A stretch of DNA of 64,000 nt. Source: Octopus bimaculoides (Eukaryota). The notes beneath the pieces were generated by a model. It saw nothing but the letters and a program-made list of their open reading frames with translations. It was not told the DNA's origin and did no database searches. The position numbers were made by a program, and so were the translations under genes. The stretch is taken from assembly GCF_001194135.2 (NCBI RefSeq), contig NC_068981.1, positions 106,805,009-106,869,008 on the forward strand, given 5' to 3'. Every line of letters starts with the position of its first letter. The first letter of the stretch is position 1. Of the stretch, positions 1-12,115 are shown one piece after another.

Positions 1-148
1 ATACTCAAATACCCAAAATTTCAAGGAGTTCCTGCCTTAAAAACAGGAGCTAACCACAGTTATTTTGTGTTCTTTGCTACATTGGTTTCTATTAACCCAT
101 TTATTCTATCAGAAGAATTTTTATTCATTAAGATAGAAGAAATACACA

Positions 149-193
<45 letters not shown>

Positions 194-430
194 TTGAGAA
201 GATATTGTAGATCGTATCACATTTTTAAGAAATATAACCTCGCAGACCTCTCCAAATACTGTTCTATTACTTTCATTTCCAGTATCTTAGATGGTTGTGG
301 AGGCAGCCATTAGCTACAACCTACACCAACACATTAAATGTCTATTTGTCTCTAATGATCACCAGTAATTTTATAAAACTAGATGTACTGAAAACCTACT
401 CATTTTTGTTACACATGTGTGGGTTTTTCT

Positions 431-890
431 TTTTGGGAAATTTGAGATGAAAGCCATGTTGTTGCATTTGAAGTCAGCTGGTGATTCTTCTTGAAAATAT
501 CTCTTGGCAAAAGCTGACTGCTTATGGGATAAGTTCTTGTCTCTCATCTCTTGAAATAATGGCTTCATGTTAGATTGCGCTAATGGAGTTCTTTCTGACC
601 CACACTCTAAACATTTTGGTGAGCTCCCATGTTCAAATTTCTCCTTGATATCTTACTCCTAAACATCAAAAACTTACTCACTTTTGTCTGTGACAACACC
701 CACTCCTATGCAGATAATACCACCCTGCCTTCTTCCATAATGTTTCGTACTCGAATATCATCAGCATACAATTATGACACCTTCTTCCAAATCTGTCCTG
801 ATTCCATGAACAGAGACCCTGAAAACAGCCAATGGAATTTGAGCCAATATTGTCTCTTTCAGCAGCACAAGTACACAATGATGTGATCAC
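431..890 (+). mobile_element. Decayed CR1/Jockey-group LINE reverse-transcriptase fragment
   Basis: Plus-strand translation across frameshifts gives LLAKLTAYGISS..ISW, NGVLSDPHS, FLL..NIKNLL...HSYADNTTL (YADD motif decayed to YADN) and MNRDPENSQW. This is the RT motif order of CR1-type LINEs. Confidence 0.65.
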
Positions 891-1019
891 TATACATAAT
901 GAGAATGCATTATCCTGATTGGGTACCGGACAAGGATTCTGGATTATTTTCCTGTTTTTTGTTTTTTTACTTAATTTTTGAGAGCGGTCAGGTTCATTTC
1001 TAGTATTCTTGTTTGTCTT

Positions 1020-1419
1020 GACCTTGCAGGTGGGGCCCAGTTAGAATTTTCTCCGGGTCGAGTAGCCCATCCTGCTCGAAAGGTGCCTGAATAAAGTTTA
1101 TTTAAGGATGTTAAATGAAACATTTATGTTTCCAAAGTTGAATTATCCACACCTCAAAGAATTCCTCTCAACATATGACTATGATGTCCCCCCCCCACTA
1201 CTTTTGCTCATGATCAGAGATGCACATATAGTCAGCCACTAAGAGACATGCTCAACTGGTTAAGGTCAAACAACTGACAAGCAAACCTGTGGTATTGAGC
1301 AGAATATTTGCTGTAACCCATCTTTTATACCAAGACAAAACTATGTACATGATAACACTTCCAATCAGTTAAGATGAGAAGCCATGAGAGTCACTGCCTA
1401 GTACTGCATCAGAGCAATC

Positions 1420-1420
<1 letters not shown>
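1020..1420 (-). repeat. Non-coding interspersed repeat starting directly at an (AAT)n array; probable retroposed element
   Basis: Higher-GC, non-coding 400 bp abutting the (ATT)n tract at 1420-1450. It resembles a repeat I recall from octopus sequence, not verified here. Confidence 0.4.
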
Positions 1421-1452
<32 letters not shown>

Positions 1453-1458
1453 TACTTA

Positions 1459-1672
1459 ACGTGGCAGGCTGGCTGAAATGCTGGCATGCCAGAAAAATGC
1501 ATAGCAGAATCTCATCTTCCTTGACATTCTGAATTCAAATTCTGCCAAGGTCAGCTTTGCCTTTCATCCATTCAACCTCACTGATATAAATACTAGCTGA
1601 GCATTGGAGTTGATGTAATTGACTGTCTTTCTTCCAAAATTTCCAGGCCTTGTTCTTGTAGCAGAAAGAATT
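1459..1672 (+). mobile_element. tRNA-derived SINE, family A
   Basis: tRNA-like head (GGCAGGCTGGCTGAAATG...TTCTGAATTCAAATTCTGCC), central CTTTGCCTTTCATCC block, GGCCTTGT 3' block and ATT tail. Related copies lie at 8728-8885, 19655-19910, 22652-22865 and 56722-56810. Confidence 0.7.
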
Positions 1673-1887
1673 ATTATTTGATGAAAACTCTCAGCTCATT
1701 TTGCTGGGTATGATGAAAAGTGTCAGCTGCTCATAACTAGGAGACTAAGGTATCACTTGTTTACTGGTCATGCTTCAAGAACCCTGTGAAGAATTCTTGC
1801 AGTTCCAAGAAATGCTGATTTTTGTTAGTGTTCTATCTTTACATTTGCACTAATCTTTTTGAGCCATGTTGATAGTTGAGCGCTGAT

Positions 1888-1899
1888 TATTTATTTATT

Positions 1900-1962
<63 letters not shown>
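1888..1962. repeat. (TTA)n/(TAA)n microsatellite forming the 3' tail or target of the R4/Dong element
   Basis: About 20 tandem TTA units directly adjoin the 3' UTR of the minus-strand LINE. Confidence 0.9.
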
Positions 1963-3917
1963 TATTTTTAATCTGCATGTTTGTTACAATCACGTACCAA
2001 GACACACCCAGCATCTTAGGGCGAGTGAAGGAGAGGTGTTACAGTATGACTGAAAGCTTGAGGAGGGGATCTGGCAGGAGCAGTAGCCAAATATCTTTAT
2101 GCAATACAACACAGACATTTAAATTGATAGGGTTCTTCTAAGGATGTGGGCAGTACTTGTCAGCACAATCTTTTGGATTTCTCTGAGACATGGTTCTTCT
2201 GGAATATTATCTAGATGTTTCTGACACCCCTTTCTTATCATACCTAGGGCACCTACAATAACAGGAACAGTTCTCGCTTTAAGATGCCACATCTTTTGTA
2301 ATTAAACTTCCAGGTCCTTATATTTAGTTAATTTGCCAAATTCCTTTACAGATATATTCTTATCAGTGGGAACACTTACATCTATTAGTCTACAAGTATT
2401 TTCTTCCCTGTCTTTAATGACTATGTGTGGTTGATTAGCCTGGATCATTTTGTTAGTGTTGACTGGAAAATCCCAGAAGATAGTGATATTTTTACCTTCA
2501 GCAACTGGTGCAGGATGATGTTCATACTAGTAAGCAGAAGTGCTGATTTTGTAGTGTTTACATATTTTCCGATGTAAATACTGTCCTACCCTATCTTGGT
2601 GATTTTTGTATTCGTTTCGTGTCAGCACAGGACATCCTGAGATGTGATGGTCTATTGTTTCATCAAATTTATTGCAGAATCTGCATTTAGGGTCAGAACT
2701 GTTTTGAAGAATGTTAGCTAGGTAGTTTTTGGTAAGCAAGCTTTGATCTTGTACTGCTAATATGGAGCTTTCAGTCTCTGCTTTCAGTCATGAGATTCTC
2801 AGCCACTGATGGATTGTTGCTTGATCTACATCAGCATTTCGACTTTAGAGTATATACTGTCTATGCAGAGGCTTCTGGTTCCACCACTCCTCAATTTGTT
2901 TCTGCCCATTCTTTTTTGCAGTCTGTTTGATCCGTTTTGCTTTTCCATGGCAGTAGTTTCAGGTTCTTCATCTAATTCAGGGTTAATGCCAAGTTCCCTT
3001 GCAAATTTGCAAGCTTCCTTGACAATAGAATGTGATCTTTTGCTGCTTTCGTGTTTGCACACAAGCTGCAGCATCCAGTCCTCTGTACTTGATAAGTACT
3101 TGTTCATTGCTATTGTGGAGGTCTTATAGCATAGTTTTACCTGCATCATACCTCTTCCTCCATTACTTCTAGGTAGGTATAGACAATCAACATCTGCTTT
3201 TGGGTGGTGCATGTTCTTAGATGCTAGTAGTTTTCCTTCCTGTTCAGGTGTTGGAGCTCTATAAGATTCCAGTTGATGATGTTAAAACTGTATTGGAAGT
3301 GCCAGGGTATTAATGTCTCGATGTGATTTTGGGAGTTGAGTTCAGTTTTTAGTATGAGTCTTACTCTCCTGTAATACTTTCTTCTTTTTTTTTTTTCATA
3401 GTAGTATGTTGTATACCATCTCCTTCATTTATCCCCAGGTATTTATAGCTTTCTTGTGGGTCAAGCTCCTTGATGGTAGTTTTGATATCTAATTTAATGC
3501 AAGCTGTTTGTTTGAGCTTGCTTACAAAAGTTGCTTTAGCACACTTATCGAGGCCTAAATCCATCCCGATGCCATTGTTGAACTCTTTAACAGTTGTTAA
3601 CGGTCCTACTAGTTCTTCGTCATGTCTAGCAAACAGCTTCAGATCATCGATATAAAACAGATAGTTTACTATAATATTATACACTTTGAACCCATACATG
3701 GTGTTACTCAGTTCATTTGAGAGTGGGATCAGTGCCATGCAAAAGAATAATGTGGGGAGGATGTCACCTTGAGAGATTCCTCATTTGATGTTGGTGTAGA
3801 AAGTGACATGTATTCCACTTAGCCATGCTACCTTGTAAGAATTTGGAGACGACAGGAGAGATTTTATATATCTCAAGGGCCTTGGTTAGCCAATTATGTG
3901 GGACACTATCAAACGCT

Positions 3918-4543
3918 GGATCTTTTTTAAAACGGGGGGCCACATTTTTCATTAACGAAACACTTTGAAACTTGGAACACTGGTAGAATGTGTCATATAA
4001 AACATCTTTTTCTCTTAGTCTTCTTTAAAAAAAAAGAAATCCATAAGTTATTCCATGTTAAAGTTGTTGTATTTCTGTAATTTCAACCAATCACTGACGT
4101 CCATTCAGCCGATATACATTAAGTGCCGACTACATAAACAAACGATTCTGAAACAATTAACCCTAACCCTAACCTTAGGGTTAGGGTTAAGGTTAGGGTT
4201 AAAGCAAANNNNNNNNNNNNNNNNNNNNNNNNNNNNNNNNNNNNNNNNNNNNNNNNNNNNNNNNNNNNNNNNNNNCAAATGAAACGAAGGTATGGAGATT
4301 AAATACGCTTTACATCGCTTAATCAGCCAAAGGAGTAAATGTAAACAACTGAATACTTGTCAGTGATTGGTTGAAATTATCGAAATAAGACAATTTTTTA
4401 CATGAAATAAATTCGAATACAAAAATATTTTTCTTTTCTATAACACAAAATAGATAAGTATATGAAGTTTGAAAGTCTTTCCGTACCAAAAACACTACGT
4501 AAAACATTAATGAAAAATGTGGCCCCCGTTTTAAAATAGATCC
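3918..4543. mobile_element. Non-autonomous DNA transposon (MITE), GGATCT termini, 8-bp TSD CAAACGCT, inserted in the Dong RT
   Basis: TIR of about 38 bp (GGATCTTTTTTAAAACGGGGGGCCACATTTTTCATTAA versus the reverse complement at 4505-4543). CAAACGCT occurs at both 3910-3917 and 4544-4551. Removing the element and one TSD restores the Dong codons D-Y-R-K-A-F-D-S-V-P-H. Confidence 0.92.
4209..4275. other. Assembly gap (others at 48642-49156, 52037-52284, 57323-57383, 59819-59828)
   Basis: Runs of N. Confidence 1.
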
Positions 4544-5079
4544 CAAACGCTTTCCTGTAGTCTATCCATGCCATACTCAGGTTCTTCTTTTTGCTTTGGC
4601 AATTCTCTTCAGTCATTATATTTATGAATAATTTGTCTTTGCATCCATAAGAATTCCTTTTACAACCTTTTTGAGCTTGCAGAAGGATAGAGTTCTGTTC
4701 AAGGAAAGCATATATTCTTTCAGTTAGTATCAATGTGAGGATCTTGAAGGTGGTATTGAGACATGTTATTGGTCAGTAGTTCTTTAGATTTTTCGTGTCT
4801 TCAGTTTTTGATAGAAGGTATGTTGTTCCTTCAGTCAGCCAGGCAGGAATTTGCTCTAGGTTCTGGATGACATGAGTTAGGGATGCAGCAAAATGTTGGT
4901 GTACTTCTGTCAAACAATTCAGCCAGAAGTTAGGGACCTGGTCCAGTCCTGGGGTTTTCCATTTGTGTGACTATCTAAGAACACATCTTAGCTCTTCTGC
5001 TCCTATTGCTTCCCATTTCTGCTCTTCAACTTCATCCAGTTTCACTTTCTCATGTTCTATCAAGTGAGCTTCAACATTA

Positions 5080-5395
5080 CCATAAAACCGATGTAATTAA
5101 CCCACTTTTTTCGCAAAAATAAAAATAAACTTTAAGGGGTGCGTAAATTACATGGGTAGATCATTTCCAGAATTCTTCTAGAAATTTTTTGTTGGAAATT
5201 GACATACAAATGTAAACATCTGTATGGGAAGTTGACTCATTTAATGTCAGAAAAGGTTTTCACAGAGAAAATATAATGAAGTTGACTTTTATTTATGCTG
5301 AACAGTATAATGCTTACTTTTTCAGTATGAATTTACTAAAACTATTAAATGGTTAACTATTTTTTGAAGTCTGACATTCATGCTGGTAAACACGG
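5080..5395. mobile_element. Degenerate Tc2/pogo-like MITE inserted in the Dong element
   Basis: Starts TA|CCATAAAACCGATGTAA and ends GGTAAACACGG, resembling CCGTA-type termini. It interrupts Dong-like coding sequence on both sides. The TIRs are poorly matched. Confidence 0.4.
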
Positions 5396-6477
5396 TCTAG
5401 GCCATATTTTACATTGCTTGGAGTTTCTACCTATCGCAATGGACCCCAACAGTTTCCTTAAATAGATCAGCTTTTCTCAGTGTACCTATTTCATCTGCAT
5501 TGTTGCTATTTTCATTTTGTCTATCATGATATTTGTGTCCTAATTTGGCTAATTTCGGCATCAGTTCACCTTTCATTCTTAATGATTACTCTACGTACAT
5601 TACTTAATTTATTTGCATCTATATATGTGCATACTGCGTTGCCTACTAAGTTCTCCATGAAGTGTATGTTTGTACCATGAGGTTATTGTTTGGGTTTAGT
5701 TGGGCTGTATAGAAAGCTTTCAACACATCTCTATAATCCTCTCTAGTCTATTTTATGTGTTTTGCCTTAGGTAGTGTTTTCATTGGTGTTACTACAAGTC
5801 TAGAGTTAGGGTTATCCTGGTTCTGGTTACTTGGTAGTTCGTTTTATTGCGAGTTTATTCCTGCAGCAGATTTTTTTACCTCACCCTGGTCCCCCTCTGG
5901 TTAACACGGTGCTTGTCCCAGGCGATGACCAATCTGGCATAAGTTTTGGCTTGTCATTAAGGCATTGACAGTGACAATAGGAGACGAGTCTGTTTGTACA
6001 GGGTTGACATTTTGACATGACACCACTTCCTTGTTCTTTGTCATATTGTAGGCTAATAGATCGAAAATCGCCTCTATTTTTTTAGTAACTATGTTTCAAG
6101 ACATAACTGTTTAGTGATGTTTTAAACCGAGTGACTAAATTACTCCTTTTTATATTCGTTTGTGGGAAGTCACTTTGTTTTTGTTTGGTTTGGCATCGCT
6201 TGTGACAAGTGTTTTTATTTTCTGTGTGTGTACATGTAGGCATTATTTATGTTGCTTGTAAATATTAGCATGTGCACATGAATGTATGGACAGTTGGATG
6301 TATAGGTAATTATTCAGTTTACATACTTACTGTGTACTTGGTGTGTTTGGTGTCTTTTTCCAGGGTTCCTGGTGTTGGTTTCAACATCCTGTGTGTATTA
6401 CATTGAGATATCACACTGAGATAACTACACTATTTAACAAAAAATTTTCCAATTTTTTAGTTCCTTTGCTTTAACAG

Positions 6478-6732
6478 AACTTTTGCTGCAGTTGTATCAC
6501 AAAGTTTTCCTTCCATTGCACCAATGTTATTGTGGATTAAGTTTGTTTTGTGGAGCTTCTTAGTGTACATCCATGATATTATTGTTATTGTCCATCTTTA
6601 CATTCTGAAGTGGTTAAAAATATTACTCATCATGGATTTAATTCCTGGGATAATTCAAAAACTTACTTTTTCATGGCATGTATTAGTGACTTTTGCAAAC
6701 ATAATCATATTTTATAGAAAACTGCATAGAAG
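6478..6732 (+). CDS. Candidate internal exon A of an unidentified host gene
   Basis: Polypyrimidine tract plus AACAG acceptor and AAG|GTAGGC donor. 255 nt open in one frame (phase 2 to 2): TFAAVVSQSFPSIAPMLLWIKF...FYRKLHR. No homology recognised. Confidence 0.28.
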
Positions 6733-8727
6733 GTAGGCTTTTATGGCATCTATAAAAACAAATTATTAGCTAAAACTAGCAGCTAGTCTCTCAGCTTAGG
6801 AATTGGTGATTTATCTTAAGTCAGATCAGAAACAGGACTAAAATATTGAAATGCAAACATTGTAGGTTCCATCAATATTTATTTTTGGTCCCATTGTTTT
6901 ACTCTGAATATTCTAAGTTTGAGATATTTGAACATTTACGGTCCACTGTTCCTTAGCTTTTGCATTTCAACTTGTGTCTTTTCTTCTATTGCATTTGAAG
7001 AATAGGTTACACAATACTTCAAATATTAATAACGGGGGAAAGTTCACAGAAGTGACAGTAATCTCAATAACACCTTGAAAACCTTTCATTAATAATGTTT
7101 CATGTTGTGACCAAATTGGAGAACTGCTGCTCTAAAGAAAACATGTTTATGAAGATGACATAACTGCTTTGGATGATTTAGGTTGAATATATCAGAAGTG
7201 AACAAGTTACATGATTAATGAATATGTTAAGAAAATAGTTGTAAGAATTCTTTGTAATGAAGATGGGAAAGGGCATTACAACATAATTCATTTATTCTTC
7301 TTCACTATATACTGACTGGTCTAGTTCATTATGCTTGCCTCTGTTATGGTCAGCACATACACCATTTGATAGACTAAAAGCTGGGTAACCAACTACAACA
7401 TGACTTGATGACATGTTGGTCTGTAACTATCACAAAAGCAAATAACACATTAAAATGTACAGCATTTGGTTTGCTGAAAAATTTGGGCAGCACTAACAAC
7501 TCCTGAAAACCTGTATCTGTGCTATAAACTTGCTTCCCTGGCCTACTAAACAATGACAATAACACTAGCAATTGAAGATGGGATCTCTAAAAGAGATTAA
7601 AATAAGCTGGAATGAAATAACACTTATTTTAATGTAGAATTGAAATCAATCTGAATAAAATGTTCCAAACCAGAATAGCATTAGAAACATTAATTTCTGG
7701 TTTATACATTTATTGTTGCATGATATCTCTGCACCATCTTTCTTTTTCCCTATCTTTTGTCTAAATCTCTCTTTGCACCCTTCTAACATTTTTTCTCTCC
7801 AAGGTCTTCATTCAATTTGATAGATAATCCTATTGAGAAAGATCATTTATTTTAATAGAGCATTACATTCTGCTGGTTATTCATCATAGTTTTGGTCACA
7901 GGCAGCATTTACTTCCACATATTATGCATTATTGTTCAATGGTTTTCTTTCATAAATAAATGTCACATCTAAATCCTAAACTCTGCAAGCTTCTCCTTTT
8001 CCCTTTAACATTTTTAGTCAACTTGTTTTCTTTTCTTTTTCATTGTGCAATTCTGTTTCAGTTCTTCCCCAACTTTCCACGCTATCTAGCTTCTAATTAC
8101 CATTCTTCATTGCCACCTCTCCTCTTGTTTTCTTGCTTCACTTTATGCTCGATTTACTTTATATTTCACCAATGTACTGTTGATAACAAGAATGGTTGGA
8201 GAGAACTGAGATATCATTCCAGAGATGTTCGTGTGTGTGTGTGAATGCGAGCATGTATGTGTGCACACACCTGTGCATGTGTGTGTGTTCGTCAATGCAA
8301 GTCATTGACAAAAGAAACAGATGACACAGAAGTGCCAGTATGGCATGTTGATTGAATGGAACAGCTTATATGAAATGACATATAGCAATATGAAGCAGCA
8401 GAAGGAACTGAAGCAGTAAGTGCATATACAGCTGAGAAAATGTTTTCACTAAGTAATTATGTCAATAAGATGCTAAAACCCTCACTGTCGACAACCTCAA
8501 AAATTACGCTCCAATATGACTAGCTCGGTCCTATTTGTGGGTGAATCTTGATGAATTGCTGGTCAGCTAGTTATTAGCAAAAGATTCATACATGATGTGC
8601 ATAAGCAAGCACACACATACTCATTCACAAATGCATATACACAAGGTTAACCAATACTCAGTGGCAACAAAAGCTGCTCATGCATAGTAGAAACCAAAAC
8701 TGTATATTATTATTTTTATTATCAGTT

Positions 8728-8885
8728 AAGGTGGCAAGCTGTCAGAATTGTTACTGTGCTGGGCAAAACGCTTAGTTACATTTTGTCCATCTTTATGTTC
8801 TGAGTTCAAATTTCACTGGGGTTGATGTAATCGACTTTCCCCCTCCCCTGAAATTTCTGGCCTTGTGCCAAAATTCGAACTCTCT
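8728..8885 (+). mobile_element. SINE family A copy
   Basis: AAGGTGGCAAGCTGTCAGAATTGTTAC...TTCTGAGTTCAAATT...GGCCTTGTGCCAAAATT, with an internal deletion. Confidence 0.7.
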
Positions 8886-11819
8886 GTTATTGTTGATGAT
8901 GATGATGATGAGAAGTTAAGGTGGTGATTTAGCAAAGTTGTTTGAGAGTTGGATATAAAACCTTCTGATATTTGTTCTAGCTCTCTGCCCTTAAGTTTCA
9001 AATTCTGTTGGGGTCAACTTTGTCTTCTATCCTTTTGGTCTTAATAAAATATAGGCTGGGGAAAAAGTTCATACGCCGTATTAAAATAATGAACTGAATG
9101 AACACACACACCACAAAAATATATAAAAAAGCATTATTTTAACATGGCGCACAAGCTTTTTCTTCAATCTAATACTAGTCAAGTTCTGGAACTTTTCTTC
9201 CACCTTTACCTTGTCTCAATCAGCTTTGTCAAAGGATCTAAAAGTGACATTACATCAGTTTTTTTCCTGCCACTCTATGAACTCATGTAGAACGATATGC
9301 GGCAAATATATAACAGGTGTTCAAAATACTTTCATCCATTATGAAGGGGTGGGGCTAGAATGATGGCAATGGAGGAGTACCACATTGCCTCCAAATACTT
9401 TATAATATATTAGATTCACCCCATTAGGTTCTGAGTGTAATCGAGTCAGCTGTACCTGCATAAAATTCTATCAACTATAAATGACCATTATTAATAAATG
9501 GAAGTAATTATTATTATAGTAAATTATTGGTCACTTAATAAAGTATGAATTAAAGATGGTTCATTAACATTTCTATTGACTTTTCCATTTAATAATCCAG
9601 ATTACAGTTTTGTTTTGATATCTTTGCATGTGATTAATAATTATTACTTCTTTTGTGTCATTGTCCTGAAATAAAGACATGTGGTTTGTTTTTCTAGTTC
9701 TAGGTATATTATGGGTCCATTCCTTAGATACTATTTTATATCTGGTTTGAGCCACCAGCTGATAGATTTGTTTTTCTCCATTCATTTCTGAGTGATTATC
9801 TCCTGTTTTGTAGCAACACTATCATTCCTAATCTCATCCAACAGTCCAACCAACAAATAAATAGATGCATATATTTTTTCTTGCTTGATTAATTGCTTAA
9901 GTGTTTACTTTGATATCCTTGAAAATACTAGGATGTTACAAAAATCCCAAAGTACTTTAACACGAGGCAAATGGAAATAGAAATATAGGTTATACACAAA
10001 ATCAAAAGCATCTTCACACTCATATTGTTATCTCAGCATGGTTTCTTTTAAATATTGGTAGTTATAATAATTAGTGATAGAAAATATATCAAATACCGAT
10101 CAATGTAAGCTAAATGTTTTCAGTTGAATATTTCTCCTGCTATGAGTAGAAGTGAAGCAAGATATGTATCAAATGCAGCACTGCTTGTTTCTTCCAGTGT
10201 GTTTCAGACATAGCGCTGCTGTTTTCATATTGACTTTATTAATATCATAGTGATGATATGGTCATCAATTCAATTTGGCAAATTGAACTCTAAAAAAAGC
10301 TACTGATTAAATGGTTGTTTATACAAATCTTTTAAAGGAAGTGATATAACTTCAGGATTCCTTTCTCATTACTGATTGCAGGTAAACCCCCACCACCATC
10401 TTTTAGTTGAATGATTATAAATGTCTGAATTTGCAAAGAACAAAAAAAGAAAGAAAAAAAACTATCCCATCCATGTTAGCATGTGAAGATAACTTATTAA
10501 CTCTGAACTGAAGTCAGACATGAAACCAATAATTTTTTTCATTGTTTGACAGGTACAAGTTTTAGCCCACTTCTGTACCATCCTTATATGTATGTAGCTT
10601 TGTTTTGGTTCTGCCATTTGATGTTCATTGGCTGCAATCAGGACTTGATTGGGAATTCCTTTCCTCATTAATCTTTCACTGAAAGTATTAACCTTCAACT
10701 ATTTCATGCATATATTTTTTAAAGAACTCAAATTTAATTCTTATTATTTTAAAGTCCTAATGATAGAATTTTTCTTATGAGACATGCTCTATGTGACCAC
10801 TTAACCTCGTAGAAATAGCAACTTAATCTACCCCAAATTACCCCTTATCATTTTATAATACAGAAAAATACATAGGTTAATTTGGCCCCTGATACTTTAT
10901 GCTTGAAATAAGATAGGATGGTCATGTCTAAAACACCTTCGGTTATAGATCTGCTCATTAGAACTAACTTGGAGTCAAATAACAATTGTCTGTCTCCTTA
11001 ATTGGCCATTAGCATGGCTTCCATAAAGTCAAATTAATATTACTCATCTGCGGTCACTCTCAGGTAAGTTGTTGTAGTGGACATAAGAAAAGCTTTCAGT
11101 TGTGAAATCTCCTATTTAAGTTGCCCATTTAGGATTCATCTCAATTCTTGATCTGAAAAATCTGTTATATTGTATCATGACAGCATGTGCTAAGAGGGCT
11201 CTCTCTATCCCATACTTTCTCAACTTGAGTGCATTTCAGTGTTTGGTAATAATATCTCTCACAGTCTTATTGTACATTAATGTCTTACCTATTTCTAACA
11301 GTACATACTTCTGTGTAGATGAACTAATTTTCGCTTCCCTTAATCTTCTGTTCACACAGACAGCCTAAACACATTATACCAGACATAAAGAAGCTTTTAT
11401 GAAGACAGAGTGACCTAAACCTATGCTTTATCAGGGACAAAGCAATCTTATCAGTGTCTTTCAACAATACAAACACAAGACTTACCAAGTGAACATTGTT
11501 GCATTACTCTTGTCTCGAATAATGCATAAATAAAATCCACTGAGTCATCACCATTGCTAACTTTCACAACCTCTGATATCTCATGGTGACCAACATGTAA
11601 CAGCATTTCCAAATTAATATCATTTGGCAGTTCCTATATCATTTGGCAATTCTCTACAAACATTGAGTAAAACCCCCATTGAGGTATGGCTTACCTCTGT
11701 GGGACAGTGTTTGTGCTACACATGCAAACATTATAGACCATATTGAAAAGAAGTTCATTTGACTGATTGACAAAGCTTTACCCACCAATACACTTCAATC
11801 ACTAGCACGCAGATCCATT

Positions 11820-12115
11820 GTTACTCTCCTGCCTCTCTCTCTCCGACTACTACTGTGGCCACTGCTTCTATGAAATAGTTAACTGCAAATTCTGTTCATT
11901 CAGGACTACCTGTTCCACCCATCTAATTTGTCCTCCATCAGCCTTACTCTGAAATACCCTCCAGATCTTAAACTAAATATTTCACCCCGCCCTTCTATCC
12001 TAGAACTGCAATACTTAGAACTTCACCCCCATCAGTGTTTTTCTTGTAAACATCATGCTACAGCTATTTTAATACATCAGCCATACTGACTTCAGGGTGT
12101 TTGCAACGGTCAACA
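11820..12115 (+). mobile_element. Decayed 3' end of a CR1-type LINE
   Basis: Translation fragments resemble the CR1 C-terminus (RRTVA.ASLFY, TRSS, SFF.RT..WN, DLQ.FK..VN). Heavily degenerate. Confidence 0.4.

Larger units (their letters stand above)
1966..6200 (-). mobile_element. R4/Dong-clade non-LTR retrotransposon (RT plus CCHC plus restriction-like endonuclease), decayed and interrupted
   Basis: Minus-strand motifs in the expected order: N-terminal YIDANKLSNVRRVIIKNER (5560-5620), QKGCKRNSYGCKD, WIDYRKAF|DSVPH, GISQGD...MALIPLS, YLFYIDDLKLFA, YKYLGI, LYLPRSNGGRGM, CRFCNKFDETIDHHISGCP (CCHC), WDFPVNT..QANQPHIVIKD..LIDVSVP..KYKDL..VPVIVGALG (RLE; PD motif decayed to PH). Contains many stops and frameshifts. 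The 5' boundary is approximate. Confidence 0.88.

Noticed and set aside
1420-1675. Idea that SINE family A is mobilised by the Dong element because both sit by TAA/ATT repeats
   Set aside because: On their own sense strands the SINE has (ATT)n while Dong has (AAT)n, which are opposite strands, and I see no shared 3' end.
9571-9840. Frame with mostly TGA stops and hydrophobic residues suggesting a NUMT
   Set aside because: The translation under the mitochondrial code matches no mitochondrial protein I recognise, TAG/TAA stops remain, and T-rich strands give such frames by chance.
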